From the NCBI GenBank assembly GCA_902630355.1, contig CACOUL010000003.1:14284-78283 (forward strand): a stretch of 64,000 nucleotides of DNA, in the 5' to 3' direction. Positions 10,446 through 20,167 of this stretch are shown here, piece after piece; the first letter of the stretch is position 1, and each line of letters begins with the position of its first letter. Below the pieces are notes generated by a model. It ran no database searches, was not told the origin of the DNA, and saw nothing but the letters and a program-made list of their open reading frames with translations. The position numbers were made by a program, and so were the translations under genes. The DNA is from Planctomycetaceae bacterium. GTDB taxonomy: Bacteria > Planctomycetota > Planctomycetia > Pirellulales > UBA7805.

Positions 10446-10995
10446 TGGGTGGTTCCGTTAGTTGGGGTGTTTGGGTACAGGACGGGAATTAAAGTTTTGC
10501 GAAATGTCGCGATAGGTTCCTCGAATCCGACAACAGTCGGGGCAAAACGGCAACCGAGTTCTGTGGCCCGTCGGGCAGCAGGGCAGACCCCCACAGGGGC
10601 GGTCCGATGACCCGATGGAGCACGAAGACCCTCGATCTAGAACGGCGGAGTCGGAGAGGATCCGCGCTCCAAAAGTGGTCTATTTCTCGGGCGCAAGTCG
10701 CCGCAGGGCCGAAGTCTACAGAATCGGCTGAGTTGATGTCAATAATAGCTTGCAGTAGGTATTCATCATACCCAGCTTGCCCCATCTTTTTGCCTCCAAT
10801 TTACCACTCATTTTAATCATTTTATGCACGGTGCCGTTCTCCGCGGTGTGTCTTTCATCGGCCCGGTGCCAAGCCCGGTGTCCAAATCCAAAGAGGTACC
10901 AGAGGTGCGAATCACCCACGCCGCGCGAATTTCGACGCGTTACGCATTGGCCCGATAAAGAGTGGCCCGTTGATCCCCGTCCGAGTGGGGGAGCG

Positions 10996-11826
10996 CTAAG
11001 CCGCCTTGGCTCGCGTCTGTGCGCGGTTCAAGGCCGATTGCAGACGATCGATTTGTTCCATCAAATCGCTCTGTTCCCGCGCCGCTGCCGAGGGAATGGT
11101 TCCGGCCTGCGCCGCAGACCGCCTTCTTTTCTCCTCGAGAATTTGATTGTACCTGCGCCGAAGCCGCCGCTCTGCCTCTTCCATGGCCTGCATCTTGGAG
11201 CCGAGAGAATCGGGTGTGGTCGATGCGGTGGTAAAAACACGGCTTGTATCGTCCGAAGCGTTCCGGACAAGGTGTTCGGCAGATTCGTGGATTTGTTGGG
11301 TTTCTCGATAGACGGCCTCCAACTCGCCCCGCGCACATTCCAGCGCTCGCTCGCGGGTTTCCAGAGCCTCGCGCCATTGCAACAAATCTTCAGAATCGGG
11401 CGGCGCGTGCTCGGGTGATTGCGGATCGGAAAGGCGATGGGGTGAGTCGCCTTGATGCGGACCCCGTTTGAGTTGCCCCTCGACCCGGTCCAATTGCGAT
11501 TCAATCTGATGAAGATCGGAGTCATTTGCATAAGCTACCGGTTCAGCCGGACCGTTGCGCAGTCGGCCCACCTGATTTCGGAGTTGCTCTACCACCTCAC
11601 GAAACAGCGTCAGCTGCCCAGCAACCCACATTCGCATCCCGCGGAGTTCTTGCTCGCGGGCCGCTTGCTCTGCGGTCAGTTCGGCCTCCCGTCGATCGAG
11701 GTCCGCGCTCCAAGATGAAAAGTAGCTTGCCAACTGTTCTGCGTGCAGGCGAAGACTGTGCAGCGAAGTGGCCTCTGCCGAGGAATGCATTGTGCCGGGG
11801 TGCGGCGCGAAGTGGTTTGGATCCAC
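10996..11826 (-). CDS. hypothetical coiled-coil protein
   Basis: 276-aa ORF rich in heptad-like E/R/Q/L segments (EAELTAEQAAREQELRGM, EALETRERALECARGELEAVYRE). No enzymatic motif was found. The strand was chosen because the opposing ORFs look like low-complexity artefacts. Confidence 0.45.
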   Translation of the reverse strand: MDPNHFAPHPGTMHSSAEATSLHSLRLHAEQLASYFSSWSADLDRREAELTAEQAAREQELRGMRMWVAGQLTLFREVVEQLRNQVGRLRNGPAEPVAYANDSDLHQIESQLDRVEGQLKRGPHQGDSPHRLSDPQSPEHAPPDSEDLLQWREALETRERALECARGELEAVYRETQQIHESAEHLVRNASDDTSRVFTTASTTPDSLGSKMQAMEEAERRLRRRYNQILEEKRRRSAAQAGTIPSAAAREQSDLMEQIDRLQSALNRAQTRAKAA

Positions 11827-11962
11827 AGAAAAATTCCTTGAAAATAGGATTTCAGACGGTCCCGTTTTGTATCGGCAAGCTCGCCGATATCAATTGACAG
11901 GAAAGCGGAAGGTGAGAGTTCGGGCCAAGCCGATGCCAGCGTTGCCAGCGCCCGCACTTACT

Positions 11963-13138
11963 TCAAGTCTCCGCGCCAAAAGACCACGCCGGTTCCGGCA
12001 GCGAGGCAACCGAGGGTTCGACCTCGCCGGAGAGCTTTTTCACAGCAAGCTCTGCTTGTTCGACCTCAGCTGCCGAGTCGTGGAATTGCAGCTTGAGATC
12101 AAAACGACGCGATTCATCCGGAGCCAACGATACGACCCGCTGATGTTCTGCTTCGAACGATCGCGGATTCGGAAAATTGGTGGCCGGTTCGAGCCCCGTC
12201 ACGTAGCCGTCTTGCAGTGCTCCGGTATGCTTCCACTGCGCAAAACAGGGGAGCTGTTCCGTGTTGTAATGGAGGCTGATTCCTTCCGTGGCGGAGGCAT
12301 TCCTCAAGAGCACTTGCGTTTGCTGCTGTTCGTCTGCCAGAAGTTCAAAGAAATGAACACGTTCGTTGAAGTTTGCTTCGGGAGGGCCGTAGAGAGCCCA
12401 CCGATCCGCGTCTTTCGTCGCCTCCAGGTCCCGGGGCGCCACCCGTTTGGCCGCCAGAACCAACTTTCCACCCGAAGTCAGGAGCGGCGGGCCGAAATTA
12501 ATGTGGTAGAGCAATTGCATTTCACCTGCGGTAGCCGAGAGATTGGTCACAACATCTTCGATGGCAATGACGGGGGATTGCGGCTTAAGCCGGACGGTGG
12601 CGACGAGTTGCAGATGGTAAAAAAGAAAGCGTCGCTCATCGACCACTCCACGAACGGTGATCTCGCCGCTCTCCTTATCGACGGCCACCTCGAGATGATG
12701 CGCCGGCGACTGCGCAATCTTTCCGTGGAGCGGAAAAAGCAACCGTCCCTGCTCGTCGTGTTCCGGCGCGCCATTACTGTAGAGTCCGCAGCGCACCAAC
12801 AACTCATCAAACCCTTCCAGCCAACCGAGACCACTCGGTTCGTGGAGCGGGACCCATTGTGGGTGAACCGGCCCGTCGACCGGTGACTGCCAGCCAATTT
12901 CGGTTTCGCCCACCCACGCTTTCCAGATCCCCATGCCCCGTTGGGGAAGAAGAATCAAACGGATAGCGCCGTTGTCAATCGTGAGTTGGTGCAATCCTTC
13001 CCGCCGTCCTCCGCGGAGCGGTCGATAATCGATTTGGCAGGGTGCGGCGGCTTGGCTGATTTCGGCGCCGCAAACGTTCAGTTCGTCGCGCACATTGCCG
13101 TCGTCACTGGAAATGAGTGTCCAGCTATTCTCAGACAT
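11963..13138 (-). CDS. aldose-1-epimerase-like protein (DUF4432-type)
   Basis: The pattern LLFPLHGKIAQSPAHHLEVAV ... LLYHINFGPPLL ... YVTGLEPATNFPNP resembles the mutarotase-fold DUF4432 family. The ORF extends to 13165, and the ATG at 13138 (MSENSW) is a plausible start. Confidence 0.65.
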   Translation of the reverse strand: MSENSWTLISSDDGNVRDELNVCGAEISQAAAPCQIDYRPLRGGRREGLHQLTIDNGAIRLILLPQRGMGIWKAWVGETEIGWQSPVDGPVHPQWVPLHEPSGLGWLEGFDELLVRCGLYSNGAPEHDEQGRLLFPLHGKIAQSPAHHLEVAVDKESGEITVRGVVDERRFLFYHLQLVATVRLKPQSPVIAIEDVVTNLSATAGEMQLLYHINFGPPLLTSGGKLVLAAKRVAPRDLEATKDADRWALYGPPEANFNERVHFFELLADEQQQTQVLLRNASATEGISLHYNTEQLPCFAQWKHTGALQDGYVTGLEPATNFPNPRSFEAEHQRVVSLAPDESRRFDLKLQFHDSAAEVEQAELAVKKLSGEVEPSVASLPEPAWSFGAET

Positions 13139-13333
13139 GATCGTTGGATTCCTTTGAGTCTGCATCCTTTTTCACGAAGGTCTTTGTCGCTCTTGAATCT
13201 AAGATTGATGCCCGCGTATTTCCACTGCCACCGACAGTCAAATCGGGGAAAAAGTTGACATCCGGTAGGTTGCCAACGGTCGGAAGAAGCAATACAACGA
13301 GAGCCTGCATCGAGCGAATGCGGATTTGCAATG

Positions 13334-13349
13334 CGCGTCGCGCGACGCG
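13334..13349. promoter_or_regulatory. perfect 16-bp GC palindrome CGCGTCGCGCGACGCG in a divergent promoter region
   Basis: The palindrome was verified by eye as its own reverse complement. It lies 43 bp upstream of the 13392 start, within the 226-bp divergent intergenic region. A regulatory role is only inferred. Confidence 0.3.
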
Positions 13350-13391
13350 TGGGTCCGATTCGGTGGCGAGTGCGTTTAGGGAGGAAACTCG

Positions 13392-14657
13392 ATGGTCAAT
13401 GCTGCAGATCGCCATGCCATTCCGATCTCCACATCCGAAAGCGTCGCCGACATACTCGATGCAGCGCTCGAGGAGGGCGAGGGCTTGCTTCGCCTTGCCC
13501 CGACCTGGGTACCGCGGAGTTTTCTTCATCCCGGAAAGCGGATCAAGCTGGCACCGGGCGATTGGTACGCATACGGTGCCCATCGCGGGGGTATCGATGA
13601 ACGCTGGTTCGCCAGTACGACCGAAGCGGCGAATGAAAATCGTGAGCCCGATGAGGGGCTAAGCTACGTTGTCTTTGGCAATCAGCGATTTCTGCTCAAG
13701 GATGCGGTGGACGAGCGAAGCGATGCGTTGATTGGTCCTGAAATTTATACCAAGTACAATCGCTGGCCTGTCTATTCCAAATTTTTTGACAACATGGGCC
13801 CCATTCCACATCACATGCACCAATCGGCAGAAGATGCCGCATTGGTGGGGCAGGAGGGTAAGCCTGAGGCCTACTACTTTCCGCCGCAGTACAACAACGT
13901 CGACAACCATTTTGCGTACACGTTCATGGGGCTTGAGCCGGGAACGACTCGCGACCAAGTGCGCGATTGTCTAGAGAATTGGGATCGAGGCGACAATGGG
14001 ATTTTGGATCTCTCGCGGGCGTATCGACTCAAGCGGGGAACCGGCTGGTTGATTCCGCCAGGCGTGCTTCACGCACCGGGTTCGCTTTGTACGTACGAGC
14101 CGCAGTGGGGCAGCGACGTGTTCGGGATGTTTCAATCGCTGGTCGAAGGACGGGAAGTGCCGTGGTCCCTGTTGGTGAAAGATATGCCTGAGGAAAAGCA
14201 TCAGGACCTCGACTTCATCGTCGGACAGTTGGATTGGGAAAAGAACGTCGATACGCACTTTATGCAAAACAATTACATCGAACCGATCGTCGATTCCTCT
14301 CGCAGTGGCGACGGTTTTACGGATCGTTGGATTACCTATGGTCTGATCGATGGGAAGCAGCTTTTTTCCGCCAAAGAGCTGACGGTGCTTCCCGGGGCGA
14401 AGTGTGTTTTGGAAGATCCGGGAGCGAGCGGATGGATCACCGTGCAAGGCCGGGGAAGAATGGGGAAGCTCGCCCTGCAGACCCCGGCAATGATTCACTT
14501 CGGGCAGCAAACCGAAGACGAGGTCTTTATTAGTTACGAGGCAGCGCGCGGGGGCGTCGAAATTGAAAATCTGGGTAGCGAGCCGCTGGTCGGTCTGCGT
14601 TATTTTGGCCCCGATACGTTTTCAGTCCTTCCGCAGGTGGGGGACCACCGGAAGTAA
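13392..14657 (+). CDS. cupin-fold sugar isomerase-like protein (type I phosphomannose-isomerase-like)
   Basis: 421-aa [13 protein letters not shown] and [12 protein letters not shown] resemble the two His-containing metal motifs of PMI-type cupins (compare QVHP and GxxHA). The assignment is tentative. Confidence 0.5.
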   Translation: MVNAADRHAIPISTSESVADILDAALEEGEGLLRLAPTWVPRSFLHPGKRIKLAPGDWYAYGAHRGGIDERWFASTTEAANENREPDEGLSYVVFGNQRFLLKDAVDERSDALIGPEIYTKYNRWPVYSKFFDNMGPIPHHMHQSAEDAALVGQEGKPEAYYFPPQYNNVDNHFAYTFMGLEPGTTRDQVRDCLENWDRGDNGILDLSRAYRLKRGTGWLIPPGVLHAPGSLCTYEPQWGSDVFGMFQSLVEGREVPWSLLVKDMPEEKHQDLDFIVGQLDWEKNVDTHFMQNNYIEPIVDSSRSGDGFTDRWITYGLIDGKQLFSAKELTVLPGAKCVLEDPGASGWITVQGRGRMGKLALQTPAMIHFGQQTEDEVFISYEAARGGVEIENLGSEPLVGLRYFGPDTFSVLPQVGDHRK

Positions 14658-14710
14658 ATACGTGTCGGATTGAGGTCATCACCCTTCATTCAAACAGCGA
14701 GGATCTTTTG

Positions 14711-15745
14711 ATGAGCCATACTTTGCCTGCTCTGCACAACGCCATGTGGCCCGGACTTGTGGGTAAAGGCGACGACGAGGGCCAAGAGCCTCCGATCAGC
14801 CTGGAGCGGATGCTCGATTTAACCGCAGCGGCAGAAGTCGACGGGCAAAAGTTCGAAGGGATCGATTATTTCCTCTTTCTGCCCCACACGAACCCCGAGG
14901 CGAGCGATGACGAACTTAAATCCATTGCCGATTTGATCGTGAGCAAAGGTTTTTCGATTGGTTCCCTGGTCGCCCCGGTCTGGCCCGGTACGGTCGGCGA
15001 CTCGGCGATGGGCGATGATGCCGCGAAGAATAAGTTTCTCGACGCGGTCAGGATGGCCTGCCGGATTGCAAAGGTGTTCAATGACCACGGTGCCAGACAG
15101 TATGGGGTGATTCGGATTGATTCGGCAGAGTTCGGAGTCGCCAAGTTTCTTGAAGACCCCTCGGCGAACATCAAGCGAATTGCGGCGACCTTCCGAGAGG
15201 CGGCAAAGATTGCGGCCGATCATGGGGAGCGACTCGCGGCCGAGGGAGAGGTTTGTTGGGCAGGCCTCCATTCGTGGAAAGCGGCCCTTGCGCTGCTCGA
15301 AGAGGTGGACATGCCCGAGTCACTCGGTTTCCAGGCCGATCTGGCCCACACCTACACCTTCATGCTCGGATACAACGCCCCGGATGATGCCTTGCTCGGC
15401 CCCGACCACACGGAAGACGAATTCTGGGCGGCGTACGAACAGGTGACCGACAAACTGCGGCCCTGGACAATCGATTTCCACGTGGCACAAAACGATGGCG
15501 GAGTGCATGGGGCCGGTTCCCACGACAAGACGGGCAAACACTGCACGGCAGACGATCCGAACGGAAAACTCGATATCGTCAAATGTGCAAGCTACTGGCT
15601 CAAGGATGCTTCGGAACGTGGGATTAAGCACATCTGCTGGGACGGTTGTATGTTTCCGAATGCGACCCTCGAAGCGCCGCAGACCTGGAACGCAATCCTC
15701 GAGGCGATGATCCGCGTGCGCGATACGTGCGGCTGGGACGAATGA
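14711..15745 (+). CDS. xylose-isomerase-like TIM-barrel protein (sugar phosphate isomerase/epimerase family)
   Basis: The ORF starts at TTG 14708 followed immediately by ATG 14711. Its N-terminus ([11 protein letters not shown]), alternating barrel pattern and acidic/His residues ([29 protein letters not shown]) fit the family. Confidence 0.7.
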   Translation: MSHTLPALHNAMWPGLVGKGDDEGQEPPISLERMLDLTAAAEVDGQKFEGIDYFLFLPHTNPEASDDELKSIADLIVSKGFSIGSLVAPVWPGTVGDSAMGDDAAKNKFLDAVRMACRIAKVFNDHGARQYGVIRIDSAEFGVAKFLEDPSANIKRIAATFREAAKIAADHGERLAAEGEVCWAGLHSWKAALALLEEVDMPESLGFQADLAHTYTFMLGYNAPDDALLGPDHTEDEFWAAYEQVTDKLRPWTIDFHVAQNDGGVHGAGSHDKTGKHCTADDPNGKLDIVKCASYWLKDASERGIKHICWDGCMFPNATLEAPQTWNAILEAMIRVRDTCGWDE

Positions 15746-15769
15746 ACTACGAATGAAGGATAGTAAGAG

Positions 15770-16903
15770 ATGGCAAAGCCACTGAATATCGGCCTCATCG
15801 GCTACGGGTTTATGGGACGTACCCATTCCAATGCGTACAAACGGGTCAATGACTTTTTTGATCTCCAATACCGACCGACCCTCAAGGCAGTCTGCGGAAG
15901 GGATGCGGAAAAGGTTGGCGAATTTGCTTCCCAGTGGCAGTATGAGTCGGTGGAGACGGATTGGAAAGCGCTCATCAATCGTGACGATATCGATGCGATT
16001 GATATTTGCACTCCCAACAACATGCACGCAGAGATTGCGATTGCTGCAGCCAAAGCCGGAAAGATGGTGCTTTGCGAAAAGCCGCTTTCGATGGATGTCG
16101 AGGAGGGCGAGCGGATGGTGGCGGCCGTGGCAGAAGCCGGTGTGGCTAATACAGTGTGGTACAACTACCGTCGCGTTCCGGCGGTGACATTAGCCAAGCA
16201 GTTGGTGGATGAGGGGCGGCTTGGCCGCATCTTTCACTACCGCGCCCAGTTTCTTCAGGACTGGACAATCGACGCTGCCTTACCACAAGGCGGAGCCGCT
16301 TTATGGCGACTCGACGCAGGCGCCGCAGGATCGGGCGTCACGGGTGACCTGCTGGCCCACTGTATCGATACGGCCATTTGGCTCAACGGGTCAATTCAAG
16401 ATGTAACGGCGATGACCGAAACGTTTGTCAAGGAGCGGATGCACAACTTGACCGGGCAAGTGGAAAAGGTGGGAATCGACGACGCGTGTGCTTTTCTCTG
16501 CCACTTTGAAAACGGATCGCTGGGACTTTTCGAATCGACTCGGTATGCGCGGGGGCACAAGGCGCTTTACACGTTTGAGATCAACGGTGAGCATGGTTCG
16601 CTACGCTGGGATCTACACGACCTGCACCGCCTCGAGTACTTCGATCATCGGGAAGAGTCGATCATCCGTGGTTGGCACGATGTCCATGTGACCGATGGCG
16701 ACATGCCTTATATGGATAAGTGGTGGGTTCCCGGTTTGCAGATCGGTTACGAGCATACCTTTGTCCATCAGGTGGCCGATTTTTTAGAGGATCTTGCAGC
16801 CGGGCGTCCGACGAGTCCGACTTTTGCAGAGGCTCTGGAGACGCAGAAAGTATGCCAGGCCGTCTTGGAAAGCGCCGAGAAGACCGCTTGGACTTTCGTC
16901 TAA
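15770..16903 (+). CDS. Gfo/Idh/MocA family NAD(P)-dependent oxidoreductase
   Basis: Rossmann N-terminus [19 protein letters not shown], the consensus motif VLCEKPLSM and the typical C-terminal alpha/beta domain are all present. Confidence 0.9.
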   Translation: MAKPLNIGLIGYGFMGRTHSNAYKRVNDFFDLQYRPTLKAVCGRDAEKVGEFASQWQYESVETDWKALINRDDIDAIDICTPNNMHAEIAIAAAKAGKMVLCEKPLSMDVEEGERMVAAVAEAGVANTVWYNYRRVPAVTLAKQLVDEGRLGRIFHYRAQFLQDWTIDAALPQGGAALWRLDAGAAGSGVTGDLLAHCIDTAIWLNGSIQDVTAMTETFVKERMHNLTGQVEKVGIDDACAFLCHFENGSLGLFESTRYARGHKALYTFEINGEHGSLRWDLHDLHRLEYFDHREESIIRGWHDVHVTDGDMPYMDKWWVPGLQIGYEHTFVHQVADFLEDLAAGRPTSPTFAEALETQKVCQAVLESAEKTAWTFV

Positions 16904-16948
16904 GCAAAACGTTGTGTAATAGCGCATCTGCATGGATCACGTTTTTCC

Positions 16949-17611
16949 ATGAACTATTTTGCTCACGGTCGCTTCTTTACCGACACCCCGTACCTGCTCG
17001 CCGGCACTGCTGTGCCCGATTGGTTGAATGTGGTGGACCGAAAAATTCGCGCCCGCTCGCGCAGCGCGGAATTGCTTCTCGACTCCTCGGATGCCATTGC
17101 TGCGGAGGTCGCACGAGGCATTGTCCGGCACCACGCAGACGATGCATGGTTTCATCGGACGAGGGCGTTCGCCGAGTTGACGCTCCAGCTCACCGCCGAG
17201 ATTCGCGACTTTTTGGGTCCGGACGATGGTTTGCGTTGCCATTTTTTGGGGCACATTCTGGTGGAAATTCTTTTGGACTCGAAATTGATTGAGCAAGATG
17301 CAGCCCAACTCGAAGCCTACTACGCAGCGCTGGAGAAAATTGATGGAGACGCAGTGGCCCGCGTCGTGAGCGAAATTTCCGGACGCAATGCCCAGGGAAT
17401 CGCTTGGCTGCTGCCCAGATTCATCGAAGAGCGGTTCTTGTGGGACTACCCTTTGGATGACAAACTACTGGTGCGCCTCAACCAAGTGATGCGACGGGTA
17501 AAGCTGCCAGAGTTGCCCGAAGGATTTGAAGAAATTTTTCCCGCTGCGCGGCACGCGATCGGTCGGCGGGCGGCGGAACTGCTTTCGCCGCCGTGCGACG
17601 GCGATATATGA
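16949..17611 (+). CDS. ACP phosphodiesterase (AcpH/DUF479)-like protein
   Basis: The N-terminus MNYFAHGRF, then PDWL, VRHHADDAWFH and FLGHILVEILLD, are reminiscent of E. coli AcpH (MNFLAHLHLA ... HRRID ... WDHFL). The similarity is weak and judged from memory. Confidence 0.45.
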   Translation: MNYFAHGRFFTDTPYLLAGTAVPDWLNVVDRKIRARSRSAELLLDSSDAIAAEVARGIVRHHADDAWFHRTRAFAELTLQLTAEIRDFLGPDDGLRCHFLGHILVEILLDSKLIEQDAAQLEAYYAALEKIDGDAVARVVSEISGRNAQGIAWLLPRFIEERFLWDYPLDDKLLVRLNQVMRRVKLPELPEGFEEIFPAARHAIGRRAAELLSPPCDGDI

Positions 17612-17641
17612 AATCAAACATTTCTTGAGGAGATTTGATCG

Positions 17642-18490
17642 ATGAAATATGGATTCAATTTATTGCTTTGGACCGGCGAACTCGGCGAAGAGCATGTGCC
17701 AGTCTTGGAATCACTCAAGAAGATGGGATACGACGGGGTCGAACTGCCCATATTCAATCCCGACCTGGACTATGCGGCGTGGGGAGAGAGGCTCGACTCG
17801 CTTGGACTCGAGCGAACCGCGGTGACGGTACGTTCCGAGGAGGACAATCCGATCAGTCCCGACGCGGCAATCCGCGCGAAGGGAGTTGCCGCCACCAAAC
17901 AGGCACTCGATTGTTGTGCGGCAGTTGGCGCGACCCATCTGGTCGGGCCCTATCATTCTGCCTTGGGCCTTTTCAGTGGCTCGGGACCCACGGAGGATGA
18001 ATGGAAGTGGGGTGTTGAGAGCATGCGGCAAGTGGCCGAACATGCCGAGCAAGTCGGTGTGACGCTTGCGGTTGAATGTCTCAATCGCTTTGAAACCTAT
18101 TTACTCAACACGCATGCTGATGCAGCTCGTTTTGCCCGCGAGGTTAATCACCCGAATTGCCGCATCATGTACGATACATTCCATGCCAACATCGAGGAAA
18201 AAAATATCGCACAAGCAATACGCGACTGTGCCGAGATGATGGTTCACGTCCACATTTCCGAAAACGATCGTAGCACCCCCGGATCGGGTAACGTCCGCTG
18301 GGAGGAAAACTTCGCCACGCTCAAAGAGGTGGGATACGACGGGTGGCTGATGGTCGAAGCCTTCGGTTTAGCACTCCCCGAGTTGGCGGCAGCGACCAAG
18401 ATTTGGCGACGCATGTATACGTCGGAGGATCAGTTGGCCAAGGATGCACTCGCTTTCATGAAGCAAAGTGTTGCTGCCCACTGGGGTTGA
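17642..18490 (+). CDS. sugar phosphate isomerase/epimerase (ketose 3-epimerase-like TIM barrel)
   Basis: MKYGFNLLLWT ... GYDGVELPIF ... LAVECLNRFETYLLNT ... MYDTFHANIEE ... HVHISENDR ... GWLMVEAF gives the metal-ligand pattern (E, D, H, E) of tagatose/psicose 3-epimerase-type enzymes. Confidence 0.8.
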   Translation: MKYGFNLLLWTGELGEEHVPVLESLKKMGYDGVELPIFNPDLDYAAWGERLDSLGLERTAVTVRSEEDNPISPDAAIRAKGVAATKQALDCCAAVGATHLVGPYHSALGLFSGSGPTEDEWKWGVESMRQVAEHAEQVGVTLAVECLNRFETYLLNTHADAARFAREVNHPNCRIMYDTFHANIEEKNIAQAIRDCAEMMVHVHISENDRSTPGSGNVRWEENFATLKEVGYDGWLMVEAFGLALPELAAATKIWRRMYTSEDQLAKDALAFMKQSVAAHWG

Positions 18491-18535
18491 GACTCGGCCT
18501 TGTCGCTGTGGCGACGATACGTCTATAGTCGTAAA

Positions 18536-19298
18536 TATGTGCCCAGCAACAGATGAATCGTCCCCCAACCCAGAAGATCCGAAGCAGGATTCGGACGAGG
18601 TCTCTCTCCAACGTCTCAATGAGGCATTCGCTGAGATGCTCGGCAGTGAGCCGGGGGATTTGTCGGCTGAGGGGGTGCTGGACGATGCAGTCGATGGACT
18701 CGATCGGGAAGAGGGAGATAACGCGGGCGATATGCCGGATGGTGATGCTGCCGCGTCTGCTGGATCAGATTCCATCGACCCGCTTCCCAAAAGGATCGTT
18801 GAAGCGATGCTCTTTGTCGGGCACCCGGAAAATGAGTCGCTCAAGCGGGAGCAACTTGCCAGGGCGATCCACGGCCTTGAACCGGAAGAGGTCGATGACC
18901 TGATCGACGAGCTACAGGAAGAATACCTTGCGGCCAAATCGGCTTACGAAATAGTCTATTCCGACGGTGGATACCGAATGGTCATTCGCGAGGAGTTCGA
19001 AAAAGTCCGCGATCGCTTTTATGGTCCGATCCGTGAAGCGAAACTTTCCCAAGCAGCCGTCGAGGTCTTGGCACTTGTGGCGTATAATCAGCCCACGACC
19101 AGCGAGAAAATTTCTCAACTTCGCGGACACCCAAGCGGTTCCATTCTTTCGCAACTCGTCCGCAGACAACTTTTGCGATTTGAAAAACCGGAGAAAAAAC
19201 CTCGCACCCCCGTTTATCACACCACTCCCCGTTTTTTGAAACTCTTCGGGCTTTCCAACCTCGAAGAGCTCCCCAAAAATCAGGAACTGGATGACTAG
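18536..19298 (+). CDS. scpB: segregation and condensation protein B
   Basis: The winged-helix core reads IVEAMLFVGHPE ... YEIVYSDGGYRMVIREEF ... KLSQAAVEVLALVAYNQPTTSEKISQLRGHPSGSILSQLVRRQLL. The ORF opens at GTG 18468 and would overlap the upstream gene, so ATG 18536 is preferred. A long acidic N-terminal extension precedes the core. Confidence 0.85.
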
Positions 19299-19525
19299 TC
19301 GGGATTGTTGGTGAGCGGACGACAGGGGGCGAGAAAAAGGGCAATTATCAGGTTCGCTCCGCAATACCGCGCTGTTCGCACCTTCCTAACTATCCACCAA
19401 TAAATGGGTTGCAATGTGCGGTGTTCTTCTAGGGCAGACGTTCGGAACGCACGCTGCTAGAATTGTCGCTTCGTTTTGAGGCGTTGGAATTTGTCATAGA
19501 ACCCGAGCCTCCGCGGCGATAAACG

Positions 19526-20119
19526 ATGTATCCGAGGTATGGCATGCTTCAATTTTTGATTGTTTGTTCGGGGACCACCGAGTTTGATCGGCAGGGACGG
19601 GTCCTCGGAAATCTAGATGTGCCTCTTCACGCCGACGCGACCCGAGAGTTGGAAGAGATTGTTGATCGATTACGGGGAACCGCAATCGATGCGGTTTATG
19701 CCAGTCCCGGTCAATCTGCGTTGGAGACGGCAGAGCGAGTGTGCGAACCCTTGGAGATGAAATTTAAATCGCTCGAATCACTTCAGAATATCAACCTCGG
19801 GTTGTGGCAGGGTCTGCTCCTCGAGGAGGTCAAGCGCAAACAGCCTAAAGTATTCAGGCAGTGGCAGGAAAATCCGGAAACCATTTGTCCGCCGGAAGGC
19901 GAAATGTTGCAGGCGGCTCGCGACCGCATCGACTTTTTTTTAAACAAGGTGTACAAAAAGCATAAAAGTGGAAGCATAATGGTGGTTGTCGCAGAACCGT
20001 TGGCGAGTATTTTGGTCAGTGTGCTTGAGCAAAGCGAATTGAAAGATATCAGTCAGACACGGAGCGATGGCGACACACGGGTGCAGCGTATCTCGCCCGT
20101 CCTCACAAATGTTTCCTGA
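19526..20119 (+). CDS. histidine-phosphatase (PGAM) superfamily protein with degenerate catalytic motifs
   Basis: The protein is collinear with cofactor-dependent PGAM-like proteins (SPGQSALETAERV, NLGLWQGLLLEEV, PPEGEMLQAARDRI). However, the RHG motif reads CSG (FLIVCSGTTEFD) and the distal SHG reads AEP (VVVAEPLAS). An alternative start lies at 19544. Confidence 0.55.
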   Translation: MYPRYGMLQFLIVCSGTTEFDRQGRVLGNLDVPLHADATRELEEIVDRLRGTAIDAVYASPGQSALETAERVCEPLEMKFKSLESLQNINLGLWQGLLLEEVKRKQPKVFRQWQENPETICPPEGEMLQAARDRIDFFLNKVYKKHKSGSIMVVVAEPLASILVSVLEQSELKDISQTRSDGDTRVQRISPVLTNVS

Positions 20120-20167
20120 CGGCTAACCCAACGAATTGGAGAACCCTTTGGCTTGAGCGGACCGACT

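Noticed and set aside
10489-10785. A 98-aa minus-strand ORF upstream of hppA as a real gene.
   Set aside because: No motif was found, its C-terminal half is Arg/Ser/Leu-rich and low in complexity, and it overlaps alternative ORFs on the other strand. It is left uncalled, and the region is flagged only as unexplained.
11768-12886. A 372-aa plus-strand ORF.
   Set aside because: It is antisense to the DUF4432/mutarotase-like gene, whose product has a coherent domain-like sequence. The plus-strand product is Arg-rich, low in complexity and has no motif.
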